NCBI GenBank assembly: GCA_964016885.1
Contig: OZ024766.1
Span: forward strand, 17,422,001-17,486,000
DNA from: Eledone cirrhosa
Lineage: Eukaryota
Length of the DNA stretch: 64,000 nt
Direction: 5' to 3'
In this document: positions 14,050-27,229 of the stretch, in pieces
Layout of the letters: the number at the start of each line of letters is the position of its first letter
Numbering within the stretch: position 1 is the stretch's first letter
Notes under the pieces: model-generated
What the model saw: the letters and a program-made list of their open reading frames with translations, nothing else
The model's database searches: none
Told to the model about the DNA's origin: nothing
Program-made: the position numbers and the translations under genes

Positions 14050-14239
14050 ATAATATCTCATATAAAATAATACAGCCAATTATCCACACAATACAATATA
14101 GTTAGCACTCCAAACGTTTAATTCGGAATATACTCCAGTATTTCCTAGTGTTTGTGTTGAGTGAGTTGGAAATTGGTTGGTGTATCGCTAATAGCTTTCT
14201 CCGTTTATGTAATTATGTAATATACCCCTGGATATATAT

Positions 14240-17200
14240 GCGAACAACAAAGCATAAATGAATTGAGAGAGAGACTGAGCATAAGAGGAATCAAATGCTG
14301 TGTGCAGGAGAGGCGGTTGCGTTGGTATGGACATGTGATGCGTATGAAGGATGACAGCTGCATAAAAAGGTGCAGAGCACTAGAAGTCGATGGAAACCGT
14401 GGAGTGGGGAGACCCAAGATGACCTGGGATGAGGTGATAAAAGTCGACCTTACCCAATTACACCTCTCAAAGGCGATGACACACGACCGTGACCTCTGGC
14501 GTCACGCAGTAATACAGAGTACCCGACCTCCCATGGGTACAAGATGAAGCATATAGACAATATGCCCCCACTCCCCCCACTGCAAGGTGGTCGAGGAGGT
14601 TCCACAGCAAAAAAGCACCCAGAACTCACTGTAAAGTGGACGTGTAGGCGCCACGAAAAAGCACCCAGCCCACACTGTAAAGTGGTCGTGAAGGTGCCAC
14701 GGCAAAAAAGCACCCAGCCCACACTGTAAAGTGGTCGTGGAGGTGCCACGGCAAAAAAGCACCCAGCACTCACTGTAAAGTGGACGTGGAGGTCCCACAG
14801 CAAAGAAGCACCCAGCCCACACTGTAAAGTGGTCGTGTAGGCGCCACGAAAAAGCACCCAGCACTCACTGTAAAGTGGTAGTGGAGGTGCCACAGCAAAA
14901 AAGCACCCAGCACTCACTGTAAAGTGGTCGTGGAGGTGCCACAGCAAAAAAGCACCCAGCACTCACTGTAAAGTGATCGTGGAGGTGCCACAGCAAAAAA
15001 GCACCCAGCACTCACTGTAAAGTGGACGTGTAGGCGCCACGAAAAAGCACCCAGCCCACACTGTAAAGTGGTCGTGAAGGTGCCACGGCAAAAAAGCACC
15101 CAGCCAACACTGTAAAGTGGTCGTGGAGGTACCACGGCAAAAAAGCACCCAGCACTCACTGTAAAGTGGTCGTGGAGGTTCCACAGCAAAAAAGCACCCA
15201 GCACTCACTGTAAGGTGGTCGTAGAGGTGCCAGGGCAAAAAAGCACCCAGCACTCACTGTAAAGTGGTCGTGGAGGTGCCAGGGCAAAAAAAGCACCCAG
15301 CCCACACTGTAAAGTGGTCGTGTAGGCACCACGAAAAAAAGCACCCAGCCCACACTGTAAAGTGGACGTGTAAGTGCCACAAAAAAGCACCCAGCCCACA
15401 CTGTAATGTGGTCGTGGAGGTTCCACAGCAAAAAAGCACCCAGCACTCACTGTAAAGTGGACGTGTACGCGCCACGAAAAAGCACCCAGCCCACACTGTA
15501 ATGTGGTCGTGGAGGTTCCACAGTAAAAAAGCACCCAGAACTCACTGTAAAGTGGACGTGTAGGCGCCACGAAAAAGCACCCAGCCCACACTGTAAAGTG
15601 GTCGTGAAGGTGCCACGGCAAAAAAGCACCCAGCCCACACTGTAAAGTGGTCGTGTAGGCACCACGAAAAAAAGCACCCAGCCCACACTGTAAAGTGGAC
15701 GTGTAAGTGCCACAAAAAAGCACCCAGCCCACACTGTAATGTGGTCGTGGAGGTTCCACAGCAAAAAAGCACCCAGCACTCACTGTAAAGTGGACGTGTA
15801 CGCGCCACGAAAAAGCACCCAGCCCACACTGTAAAGTGGTCGTGAAGGTGCCACGGCAAAAAAGCACCCATCCCACACTGTAATGTGGTCGTGGAGGTTC
15901 CACAGTAAAAAAGCACCCAGCACTCACTGTAAAGTGGTCGTAGAGGTGCCAGGGCAAAAAAGCACCCAGCACTCACTGTAAAGTGGTCGTGGAGGTGCCA
16001 GGGCAAAAAAAGCACCCAGCCCACACTGTAAAGTGGTCGTGTAGGCACCACGAAAAAAAGCACCCAGCCCACACTGTAAAGTGGACGTGTAAGTGCCACA
16101 AAAAAGCACCCAGCCCACACTGTAATGTGGTCGTGGAGGTTCCACAGCAAAAAAGCACCCAGCACTCACTGTAAAGTGGACGTGTACGCGCCACGAAAAA
16201 GCACCCAGCCCACACTGTAATGTGGTCGTGGAGGTTCCACAGTAAAAAAGCACCCAGAACTCACTGTAAAGTGGACGTGTAGGCGCCACGAAAAAGCACC
16301 CAGCCCACACTGTAAAGTGGTCGTGAAGGTGCCACGGCAAAAAAGCACCCAGCCCACACTGTAAAGTGGTCGTGTAGGCACCACGAAAAAAAGCACCCAG
16401 CCCACACTGTAAAGTGGACGTGTAAGTGCCACAAAAAAGCACCCAGCCCACACTGTAATGTGGTCGTGGAGGTTCCACAGCAAAAAAGCACCCAGCACTC
16501 ACTGTAAAGTGGACGTGTACGCGCCACGAAAAAGCACCCAGCCCACACTGTAAAGTGGTCGTGGAGGTTCCACAGCAAAAAAGCACCCAGCACTCACTGT
16601 AAAGTGGTCGTAGAGGTGCCAGGGCAAAAAAGCACCCAGCACTCACTGTAAAGTGGTCGTGGAGGTGCCAGGGCAAAAAAGCACCCAGCCCACACTGTAA
16701 AGTGGTCGTGTAGGCACCACGAAAAAAAGCACCCAGCCCACACTGTAAAGTGGACGTGTAAGTGCCACAAAAAAGCACCCAACACACACTGTAATGTGGT
16801 CGTGGAGGTTCCACAGCAAAAAAGCACCCAGCACTCACTGTAAAGTGGACGTGTACGCGCCACGAAAAAGCACCCAGCCCACACTGTAAAGTGGACGTGG
16901 AGGTGCCACGGCAAAAAAGCACCCAGCACTCACTGTAAAGTGGACGTGGAGGTTCCACAGCAAAGAAGCACCCAGCCCACACTGTAAAGTGGTCGTGTAG
17001 GCGCCACGAAAAAGCACCCAGCACTCACTGTAAAGTGGTCGTGGAGGTGCCACAGCAAAAAAGCACCCAGCACTCACTGTAAAGTGGTCGTGGAAGTGCC
17101 ACGGAAAAAAAAGCACCCAGCACTCACTGTAAAGTGATCGTGGAGGTGCCACAGCAAAAAAGCACCCAGCACTCACCGTAAAGTGATCGTGGAGGTGCCA

Positions 17201-19432
17201 CGAAAAAGCACCCAGCACTCACTGTAAAGTGGTCGTGGAGGTGCCACAGCAAAAAAGCACCCAGCACTCACTGTAAAGTGGTCGTGGAGGTGCCACAGCA
17301 AAAAAGCACCCAGCACTCACTGTAAAGTGGTCGTGGAGGTGCCACAGCAAAAAAGCACCCAGCACTCACTGTAAAGTGGTCGTGGAGGTGCCACGGCAAA
17401 AAAGCACCCAGCACTCACTGTAAAGTGGTCGTGGAGGTGCCACAGCAAAAAAGCACCCAGCACTCACTGTAAAGTTGTCGTGCAGGTGCCACAGCAAAAA
17501 AGCACCCAGCACACACTGTAAAGTGGTCGTGGAGGTGCCACGGCAAAAAAGCACCCAGCACTCACTGTAAAGTGGTCGTGGAGGTGCCTAGGCAAAAAAG
17601 CACCCAGCACCCACTGTAAAGTGGTCGTGGAGGTGCCACAGCAAAAAAGCACCCAGCACTCACTGTAAAGTGGTCGTGGAGGTGCCACGGCAAAAAAGCA
17701 CCCAGCACTCACTGTAAAGTGGTCGTGGAGGTGCCTAGGCAAAAAAGCACCCAGCACCCACTGTAAAGTGGTCGTGGAGGTGCCACGGCAAAAAAGCACC
17801 CAGCACTCACTGTAAAGTGGTCGTGGAGGTGCCTAGGCAAAAAAGCACCCAGCACTCACTGTAAAGTGGTCGTGGAGGTGCCACAGCAAAAAAGCACCCA
17901 GCACTCACTGTAAAGTGGTCGTGGAGGTGCCACGGCAAAAAAGCACCCAGCACCCACTGTAAAGTGGTCGTGGAGGTGCCACAGTAAACAAGCACCCAGC
18001 ACTCACTGTAAAGTGGTCGTGGAGGTGCCACAGCAAAAAAGCACCCAGCACTCACTGTAATGTGGTCGTGGAGGTGCCACGGCAAAAAAGCACCCAGCAC
18101 TCACTGTAAAGTGGACGTGTACGCGCCACGAAAAAGCACCCAGCACTCACTGTAAAGTGGTCGTGGAGGTGCCACAGCAAAAAAGCACCCAGCACTCACT
18201 GTAAAGTGGTCGTGGAGGTGCCACAGCAAAAAAGCACCCAGCACTCACTGTAAAGTGGTCGTGGAGGTGCCACGGCAAAAAAGCACCCAGCACTCACTGT
18301 AAAGTGGTCGTGGAGGTGCCACAGCAAAAAAGCACCCAGCACTCACTGTAAAGTGGTCGTGGAGGTGCCACAGCAAAAAAGCACCCAGCACTCACTGTAA
18401 AGTGGTCGTGGAGGTGCCACGGCAAAAAAGCACCTAGCACTCACTGTAAAGTGGTCGTGGAGGTGCCACAGCAAAAAAGCACCCAGCACTCACTGTAAAG
18501 TGGTCGTGGAGGTGCCACAGCAAAAAAGCACCCAGCACTCACTGTAAAGTGGTCGTGGAGGTGCCACAGCAAAAAGCACCCAGCACTCACTGTAAAGTGG
18601 TCGTGGAGGTGCCACAGCAAAAAAGCACCCAGCACTCACTGTAAAGTGGTCGTGGAGGTGCCACAGCAAAAAAGCACCCAGCACTCACTGTAAAGTGGTC
18701 GTGGAGGTGCCACAGCAAAAAAGCACCCAGCACTCACTGTAAAGTGGTCGTGGAGGTGCCACAGCAATAAAGCACCCAGCACTCACTGTAAAGTGGTCGT
18801 GGAGGTGCCACAGCAAAAAAGCACCCAGCACTCACTGTAAAGTGGTCGTGGAGGTGCCACAGCAATAAAGCACCCAGCACTCACTGTAAAGTGGTCGTGG
18901 AGGTGCCACAGCAAAAAAGCACCCAGCACTCACTGTAAAGTGGTCGTGGAGGTGCCACAGCAAAAAAGCACCCAGCACTCACTGTAAAGTGGTCGTGGAG
19001 GTGCCACAGCAATAAAGCACCCAGCACTCACTGTAAAGTGGTCGTGGAGGTGCCACGGCAAAAAAGCACCCAGCACTCACTGTAAAGTGGTCGTGGAGGT
19101 GCCACGGCAAAAAAGCACCCAGCACTCACTGTAAAGTGATCGTGGAGGTGCCACAGCAAAAAAGCACCCAGCACTCACTGTAAAGTGGTCGTGGAGGTGC
19201 CACAGCAAAAAAGCACCCAGCACTCACTGTAAAGTGGTCGTGGAGGTGCCACAGCAAAAAAGCACCCAGCCCACACTGTAAATGAGGTTGGTGTTAGGAA
19301 GGGCATCCAGCTGTAGAAATCAAGCCACAATCAGTTCCTGTATGCCGACCAGACACTGCCCACAACAGGACAACCCATTTAACCCATGCTAGCGTGGAAG
19401 AACGGACGTAAAACGGTGATGATGATGATGAT
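14240..19432 (+). mobile_element. 5'-truncated RTE LINE with a 46-50-bp minisatellite (about 95 copies, 14580-19275) in its 3' UTR and a (GAT)n tail
   Basis: ORF 14263-14547 RRLRWYGHVMRMKDD..GRPKMTWDEV. Tail GGACGTAAAACGGTGATGATG. An unexpanded sister copy lies at 21000-21430. Confidence 0.88.
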
Positions 19433-20194
19433 CATCATCATAATCACCAGACATGAACTTTCCCCCCCCGATATAAAGTATGACTCTCTTTGTTTACATT
19501 TTTGTTTACATTGATTGTTTGTTCCTATATCTCGTACCTGTCATTTACCTGAGAAAATATCTCTATGTGTTATTAAACAGTTGACACATATATTTATCTT
19601 TTCATAGACAATTGAGTTCTTCACACGAGGCTTGAACTCTAGTCAGAGTTCAATAACCTACCTGTGTATTATTTTTCACGATGACCTCTTCCTCCTATTT
19701 TGGAGACAGTGTGAGGCAGTTGTATGGTATTGTATATTGTATTATAATTCTCACATTGTATTACAATGTTGTATTTCAAGTATTAGACTTATATTGTACT
19801 TTTAACGTGGGTTTGTTTAATGTTTAATGTCTTCCTTGCTCTATTGCCCTATAGCCTATATTTACAAATGCACCGTATTAGGTTTAGCATGTCTTTCCAT
19901 GATAATTCTCCCAAATTTTCATAAATATCCATTCCATGTTCTTCTGAGTTTTGGCCTGTTCTGGCCGTTAGTACCTCTTGTCTTTTTCCTTGCTCTGATG
20001 AGTCCTGGTTAATGGGACTAAACACTGTCAGCAAATAAAGATTTTTGATGTATTGAAGGCTTCTTTGTTTATTTTATATAATTTTTCGGCTCTGTTGGAT
20101 AACATTGAGCTATACCCTATACTGTCTTTTCTCTAATACGACGAGTGTGTTTGACTCCAATGCACTCAAGTATATATCTTATATATATATATAT

Positions 20195-20655
20195 ATCATC
20201 ATCATCATCATCATCGGGTTTAGCGTCCGTGTTCCACGCTTGCATGGGTTTGGACGGGGGTTTTCCCACTTGAGGCAAGAGTGGTTGTCTTGCTCGCATA
20301 GGACTGTCTGGCGGGTTTTCTACAGCTGGATGCCCTTCCTAACACCAACCACATTTACAGTGTGGGTCTGGGAGGTTTTTACCGTGTTGCCTACACGGCC
20401 ACATTACAGCGTGGACTGTCTGGCGGGTTTTCTACAGCTGGATGCCCTTCCTAACACCAACCACATTTACAGTGTATATATATATATGTGTACTGTAAAT
20501 GTGGTTGGTGTTAGGAAGGGCATCCAGCTGTAGAAAACCCGCCAGACAGTCCTATGCGAGCAAGACAACCACTCTTGCCTCAAGTGGGAAAACTCCCGTC
20601 CAAACCCATGCAAGCGTGGAACATGGACGTTAAACGATGATGATGATGATGATGA

Positions 20656-20660
<5 letters not shown>
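20195..20660. mobile_element. Two RTE 3'-UTR copies in inverted, outward-facing orientation around a short (TA)n spacer
   Basis: A (CAT)n-led minus copy at 20195-20475 and a plus copy at 20491-20660 ending in (GAT)n. Confidence 0.8.
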
Positions 20661-20700
<40 letters not shown>

Positions 20701-20815
20701 TTGTAATAAAATGAAAACGAAATTTCATTTCTCACTCTTAGTACGGCACTTACTTAAATGTAAGTATGTATGTATACGTACATACATATATGTATACAGA
20801 CGTACAGTAGCATGC

Positions 20816-20846
<31 letters not shown>

Positions 20847-20999
20847 CAGGTACACATACATATATGTACGTATCTGTTTAGCGGACGCTTATTATAACAC
20901 CCGCTTTGTTCGTTTGTAAACAAACTGAACAGCCTGAATTTATGCCGTACGGTGTTAAGGCAACCACGTCACCTTTTTGTTCAACACTGACATATATAT

Positions 21000-21430
21000 C
21001 ATCATCATCATCATCATCACCGTTTTACGTCCGTTCTTCCACGCTAGCATGGGTTAGACGGGTTGTCCTGTTGTGGGCAGTGTCTGGTCGGCTGACCATG
21101 CCTTGCTCATACAGGAACTGATCTGGCTTGATTTCTACAGCCGGATGCCCTTCCTAACACCAACCTCATTTACAGTGAGTGCTGGGTGCTTTTTCGTGGC
21201 GCCTACACGTCCACTTTACAGTGTGGGCTGGGTGCTTTTTTGCCGTGGCACCTCCACTACCACCTTGTGGTGGGGGGAGTGGGGGCATATTGTTTATATG
21301 CTTCAGCATGTACCCATGGGAGGTCGGGTACCCTGTATTACTGCGTGACGCCAGAAGTCACGGTCGTGTGTCATTGACTTTGAGAGGTGTAGTTGGGTAA
21401 GGTCGGCTTTTATCACCTCATCCCAAGTCA
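21000..21430 (-). mobile_element. RTE LINE 3' end with only two 49-bp-type units
   Basis: Reverse-complement match to 14420-14600 and 19270-19430. Confidence 0.85.
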
Positions 21431-22058
21431 TATATATATATATGAATAAATTTAGTCCTTCATCAGTGATCTTCCAGCCTTCATTGGTATTTCATCGCTT
21501 TAAAGACCATATACCTCTAATAGCTCTCTCCATATATGTTATTATGTAATTATATATATATAACTTAAAATAATCCCATGGTTAATAGCTGTGAGTAACA
21601 AAGAACACATACACATAAATACAAACTACAACACAAAAACACTCAAATGAAAATCACATACTGAACTCTATCTGGTGCTTTACATTACACCTTACATAAA
21701 AAAATACCTACATTATCACCACATGCCTCTCTAACAAATTGCACATTATCTTAAATGTTTATAACAAATATAACATACTTTAACACCCCACACAAAATAT
21801 GTTTATTTTATAGTGACCTACATTCCGCGGGCTCACATACATTCTCTGTGCGTGATTGGGCTCAGTTTAGCCAATCAGTGCCAGTAGAAGAGGATGTATC
21901 CCTACGCGCCCTGAGGAAGAAATTCCCCGCGAAGATTTGAAGAATCTCTCTCTTGTACCGGAAACTTCGAGCCAGCAACACACATAATGTAACGGTGAGA
22001 TCTTGCACCCTAGCCTCGCCGGCTTAACGGCGCAATGGCACATGCCCTTTTGTAACCT

Positions 22059-22401
22059 GGAGGCACATGGCTTAGTGGTTAGAGCATTGGCCTTGCAATC
22101 GAAAGGTTGTGAGTTCAATTCTCAGACCGGGTGATGTGTTGTTTCCTTGAGCAAGACACTTTATTTCACATTGCTCCAGTTTACTCAGCTGTAGAAATGA
22201 GATGATAGGGACTGGGGTCCATATCATTCCACTGCAAAGTGGTCGTGGAGGTGCCACGGCAAAAAAGCACCCAGCACTCACTGTAAATGAGGTTGGTGTT
22301 AGGAAGGGCATCCAGCTGTAGAAATCAAGCCAGAATCAGTTCCCGTCCCACCCTTGCAAGCAGGGAAAAAGCGGACGTAAAATGAAATGATGAAATGATG
22401 A
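22059..22401 (+). mobile_element. Full-length tRNA-derived SINE with a single internal unit
   Basis: A box TGGCTTAGTGG, B box GAGTTCAATTC, CCTTGAGCAAGACACTT centre, and tail CCCGTCCCACCCTTGCAAGCAGGGAAAAAGCGGACGTAAAATGA. Confidence 0.9.
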
Positions 22402-23034
22402 ACCTCTTTTTATCTGTAACTTCAACCATATAAGTTAACAAACATTGTTTGTGCTACATCAAAAATAAACATACATTTCATCTCTAATTACTGCTGTTGA
22501 AATCATTATTATGTTACTCGTGTCTCAATAACATCTATAATCCATGCTGCTGGAATTGGCGACCTGACGAAAGGAATATTGTAAATAGATCGAGGGACCT
22601 TCCCTCACGTCTATGTCGACAAGATAATCCAACGAGGATACTATCACTTACCACACTGGCAACTCACGAACATCATCCTACTACACTGTTGAATTAACTA
22701 CCATGAATCATCAACCCTGCTAAAATTTCAACTGCATTATAACTCTTTCCTTATACTTATTGACTGTAATGACTCCTGCATTATACACCAATTGTCCTTG
22801 ATTATAACTTCTTTCCCTGTGTTTTTTTGCTTGTCATTCTTTTGCTTGTGCTTTTTACTTTGACTTATACCTATTACACTTCCAAGCAGTGGTGCCTGTA
22901 ATTGTGTTATTTCAAGCAGAACCCCTTTTTAACTCCTGAATCTCCACATGATGCCTTTGACACTAATAACAACTATGTACCCTAAATGTTCTAAATGACT
23001 AGGATTCTAGTTACACGTTTTCGACATTCCTCAT

Positions 23035-23079
23035 GCTCTGATGATTCCAGACTTCCCTCTGGAAGAAACAATTGTCAGC
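23035..23079 (+). ncRNA. Minimal type I hammerhead ribozyme motif
   Basis: GCT-CTGATGA-TTCCAGA(CTTCCC)TCTGGAA-GAAA-C(AATT)G-TC-AGC. Complete core, perfect stem II, palindromic stem III, GUC site (cut after 23076), and AATAAA immediately downstream. Confidence 0.85.
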
Positions 23080-23122
23080 TAATAAATGTTCTAAACTAAA
23101 ATTTGATCGTTTTAACACTTTG

Positions 23123-23180
<58 letters not shown>

Positions 23181-23183
<3 letters not shown>

Positions 23184-23365
23184 CGAAGGAAATGTGGTAA
23201 GGAACCAGGTGGACCATAACGCACAAAAGTACTCAATACTTGAGGTAGTAGAGTGGGTAATAGGAACCAGTAAGACCCCGACAGCTGAGCTCAAGCCGTT
23301 TCGACGGCTAATTCTGAATTAGCCGTCGAAACGGCTTGAGCTCAGCTGTCGGGGTCTTACTGGTT

Positions 23366-23370
<5 letters not shown>
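23181..23370. repeat. Penelope-like fragment ending in a perfect palindrome with 55-bp arms (23260-23370, centre T23315)
   Basis: ATAGGAACC...GACGGCTAATTC-T-GAATTAGCCGTC...GGTTCCTAT. Confidence 0.9.
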
Positions 23371-23412
<42 letters not shown>

Positions 23413-23444
23413 AGAACAAAAGATGGTTAAAGGAGTTCCATGTA

Positions 23445-23511
23445 TTTTATTATGCGCATTTCAAAAACAAATATCATCATGCAATAATATTTGTGTTTTC
23501 ATCAGATAAAA
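23445..23511 (-). ncRNA. Minimal type I hammerhead motif
   Basis: Minus strand: TTTTAT-CTGATGA-long AT-rich stem II-GAAA-T(GCGC)A-TA-ATAAAA. Confidence 0.7.
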
Positions 23512-23649
23512 CAGGAGGACATGATATGAAGGTTAAAAAACACTTGTGGATAGTGCAGTTTTAAATCAATATATGAGAAGTAGTTTTAGATTGATGTGTG
23601 ATATTGGGAAAAATATTCTATTTTTTAGCCTTCATATCATGTCCTCCTG

Positions 23650-23716
23650 TTTTATCTGATGAAAACACAAATATTATTGCATGATGATGTTTGTTTTTGA
23701 AATGCACATAATAAAA
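23650..23716 (+). ncRNA. Minimal type I hammerhead motif
   Basis: TTTTAT-CTGATGA-AAACACAAATATTATT(GCAT)GATGATGTTTGTTTTT-GAAA-T(GCAC)A-TA-ATAAAA. Confidence 0.7.
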
Positions 23717-23844
23717 TACATGGAACTCCTTTAACCATCTTTTGATCTTATATTATGTATACTCCAGTCCCACAAACTGTAGAGTGCTTCTTATCCGATA
23801 TCTGCATTGCTTTATTGTACTACAATAAAACTCACCTCCTACAT

Positions 23845-24230
23845 ATCATCATCATCATCATCATCATCAACGTTTAACGTCCGTGTTCCACGCTTGCATG
23901 GGTTTGGACGGGGGTAGTCCCACTTGAGGCAAGAGTGATTGTCTTGCTCGCATAGGACTGTCTGGCAGGTTTTCTACAGTTGGATGCCCTTCCTAACACC
24001 AACCACATTTACAGTGTGGGGCTGGGAGGTTTTTACCGTGTTGCCTACACGGCCACATTACAGCGTGGACTGTCTGGCGGGTTTTCTACAGCTGGATGCC
24101 CTTCCTAACACCAACCACATTTACAGTGTGGGGCTGGGAGGTTTTTACCGTGTTGCCTACACGGCCACATTACAGCGTGGACTGTGTGTTTTTTTGTCGT
24201 GACACCTACACGATCTCGTTTGTTTCGGCT
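23845..24230 (-). mobile_element. RTE 3'-UTR fragment with two 112-bp units
   Basis: Reverse complement of the 8130-11198 element, with a (CAT)n tail. Confidence 0.8.
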
Positions 24231-24296
24231 TATATATATATATATAAAGAGAGAGAGAGGGGGTGGGGCTAATACAGGTGTGTTTTTTTAACTTAC

Positions 24297-24363
24297 CTGT
24301 GCTTCATGGTTTGTGAGAGCTTGTTGGAATGTTCCAGTCTTTGTACTTCGTGAAGGGAACAGC
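24297..24363 (-). CDS. OGFR-like: OGFr-domain protein exon (W)[22 protein letters not shown]
   Basis: Acceptor cccaag|G and donor CAG|gtaagt; 67 nt, phase 2 to 0. Matches OGFr WLFP.........LT..E. Confidence 0.88.
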
Positions 24364-24399
24364 CTTGGGTTGCAAATAAACGGAACATTACATTAAGAG

Positions 24400-24445
<46 letters not shown>

Positions 24446-24529
24446 TATATATATATATTATATATATATATATTATATATATATATATTATATATATATT
24501 ATATATATATTATATATATATATATTATA

Positions 24530-25051
<522 letters not shown>

Positions 25052-25181
25052 GAAGTTCTATTTAAATTGTTGGGATACAACAAGCAAATATTTTTATAAC
25101 AGATATAAAGCACTCAACAAATTTTTGGAGTAAAAATACAATATATTAACAAATGGAAACTATATTTATAAAACCATATTT

Positions 25182-25244
25182 ATTTCATTATACATATTTC
25201 AAGGACACCAAGTTAAATTATGGTGTGCTTTCATCAGATAAAAT
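25182..25244 (-). ncRNA. Minimal type I hammerhead motif
   Basis: Reverse-complement copy of 25381-25443 with a different stem II loop. Confidence 0.7.
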
Positions 25245-25380
25245 ATAATATAGAGCAGTTTTATAAATAAATATTGACATACCCTTAAAGAATGCAACCA
25301 CTATCCGGGAGCTTCCAACAGTAATGGTTGCATTCTTTAAGGGTAGGTCAATATTTATTTATAAAACTGCTCTATATTAT

Positions 25381-25443
25381 ATTTTATCTGATGAAAGCGC
25401 ACCATAATTTGCTTTGGTGTCCTTGAAATATGTATAATGAAAT
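25381..25443 (+). ncRNA. Minimal type I hammerhead motif
   Basis: ATTTTAT-CTGATGA-AAGCGCACCA(loop)TGGTGTCCTT-GAAA-T(ATGT)A-TA-ATGAAAT. Confidence 0.72.
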
Positions 25444-25637
25444 AAATATGGTTTTATAAATATAGTTTCCATTTGTTAATATATTGTATTTTATATATAT
25501 ATATATAGGAGAATGTTTAACCCCGACGGCAGAGCTCAAGCCGTTTCGACGGCTATTTCTGGACTAAAGTGTCTTGCTCAAGGAAACAACACATCACCCG
25601 GTCTGCTCCAGTTTACTCAGCTGTAGAAATGAGATGA

Positions 25638-25674
25638 TAGACAGACAGACAGACAGACAAACAGAGAGGAAGAC

Positions 25675-25741
<67 letters not shown>

Positions 25742-25746
25742 GAGAC

Positions 25747-25779
<33 letters not shown>

Positions 25780-25866
25780 GAGACCGAGAGAGAGAGAGAC
25801 AGAGAGAGAGAGAGACAGAGAGACAGAGAGACAGAGAGAGAGAGAGACAGACAGACAGAGAGACAT

Positions 25867-25902
<36 letters not shown>

Positions 25903-25992
25903 GGAGACAGAGAGAGAGAGAGACAGACAGAGAGACAGAGAGACAAGCAGACAGAGAGACAGAGAGAGAGAGAGACAGACAGACAGAGAGGC

Positions 25993-26023
<31 letters not shown>

Positions 26024-26028
26024 GAGAC

Positions 26029-26071
<43 letters not shown>

Positions 26072-26196
26072 GAGACAGAGAGAGAGAGAGACAGAGAGAC
26101 AGACAGAGAGACAGACAGAGAGACAGACAGACAGAGAGGAAGACAGAGAGAGAGAGAGAGAGACAGGGAGACAGAGAGACAGAGAGACAGAGAGAC

Positions 26197-26253
<57 letters not shown>

Positions 26254-26302
26254 CAGACAGACAGAGAGACAGACAGAGAGACAGAGAGACAGACAGAGAG
26301 AC

Positions 26303-26337
<35 letters not shown>

Positions 26338-26558
26338 GAGACAGAGAGAGAGAGAGACAGAGAGACAGACAGAGAGACAGGGAGACAGAGAGACAGAGAG
26401 ACAGAGAGACAGAGAGAGAGAGAGACAGAGAGAGAGACAGACAGACAGACAGAGAGAAAGAGAGAGAGAGAGATAGAGAGACAGAGAGACAGAGAGACAG
26501 AGAGAGAGACAGAGAGACAGAGAGAGAGACAGAGAGACAGACAGACAGACAGAGAGAC

Positions 26559-26589
<31 letters not shown>

Positions 26590-26674
26590 GAGACATACAG
26601 AGAGACAGAGAGACAGAGAGAGAGACAGAGAGACAGAGAGACAGAGAGACAGACAGACAGAGAGAGAGAGAGAC

Positions 26675-26721
<47 letters not shown>

Positions 26722-26794
26722 GAGACAGAGAGACAGAGAGACAGGGAGACAGAGAGACAGAGAGACATACAGACAGACAGACAGACAGAGAGAC

Positions 26795-26881
<87 letters not shown>

Positions 26882-27016
26882 GAGACACAGAGAGAGACAG
26901 ACAGACAGACAGACAGAGAGACAGACAGACAGAGAGAGAGAGACAGAGAGACAGACAAAGACAGACAAAGACAGAGAGACAGACAAAGACAGACAAAGAG
27001 ACAAAGAGAGACAGAC
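25638..27016. repeat. (GA)n/(GACA)n compound microsatellite
   Basis: About 1.4 kb of simple repeat. Confidence 0.97.
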
Positions 27017-27043
27017 ATAGATATAAGTTCCATTAAGACTCAC

Positions 27044-27122
27044 CAGTTCAGGTAAACAGGTTGATCTTCAAGCATCTCATAATTAGCATACCACTCCGTA
27101 AGGACATCTTCAACCATCAAAT
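27044..27122 (-). CDS. OGFR-like: OGFr-domain protein exon (D)LMVEDVLTEWYANYEMLEDQPVYLN(W)
   Basis: Acceptor ttgccag|AT and donor TG|gtgagt; 79 nt, phase 1 to 2. Matches OGFr IEDILQNWTDNYDLLEDNHSYIQW. Confidence 0.9.
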
Positions 27123-27229
27123 CTGGCAATGAGATGGGGGGGGGGGGATATATACTCCTTGGTCTCCAATAATCTCCCTCTGCCTGCTTACTAATTTTTC
27201 ATGTACCTCTACTATATATATATATATAT

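Larger units (their letters stand above)
23409..23752. repeat. Inverted repeat (arms about 130 bp) with a hammerhead motif in each arm
   Basis: 23409-23539 is the near-perfect reverse complement of 23621-23752. A third copy lies at 46755-46960. Confidence 0.9.
25131..25493. repeat. Inverted repeat (arms about 170 bp, spacer about 20 bp) with a hammerhead motif in each arm
   Basis: 25131-25303 is reverse-complementary to 25323-25493. Confidence 0.9.

Noticed and set aside
11615-19275. CRISPR-like appearance of the 49-bp arrays (also 27345, 41630 and 58415)
   Set aside because: Units are contiguous with no unique spacers, there are no cas genes, the context is eukaryotic, and the unit is a SINE/RTE segment.
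22059-22130. tRNA gene
   Set aside because: A and B boxes are present but there is no acceptor-stem closure, and the sequence continues into a multicopy SINE body.
25574-27043. RE/SL-rich ORFs, and all IY-rich ORFs elsewhere
   Set aside because: Microsatellite translations.
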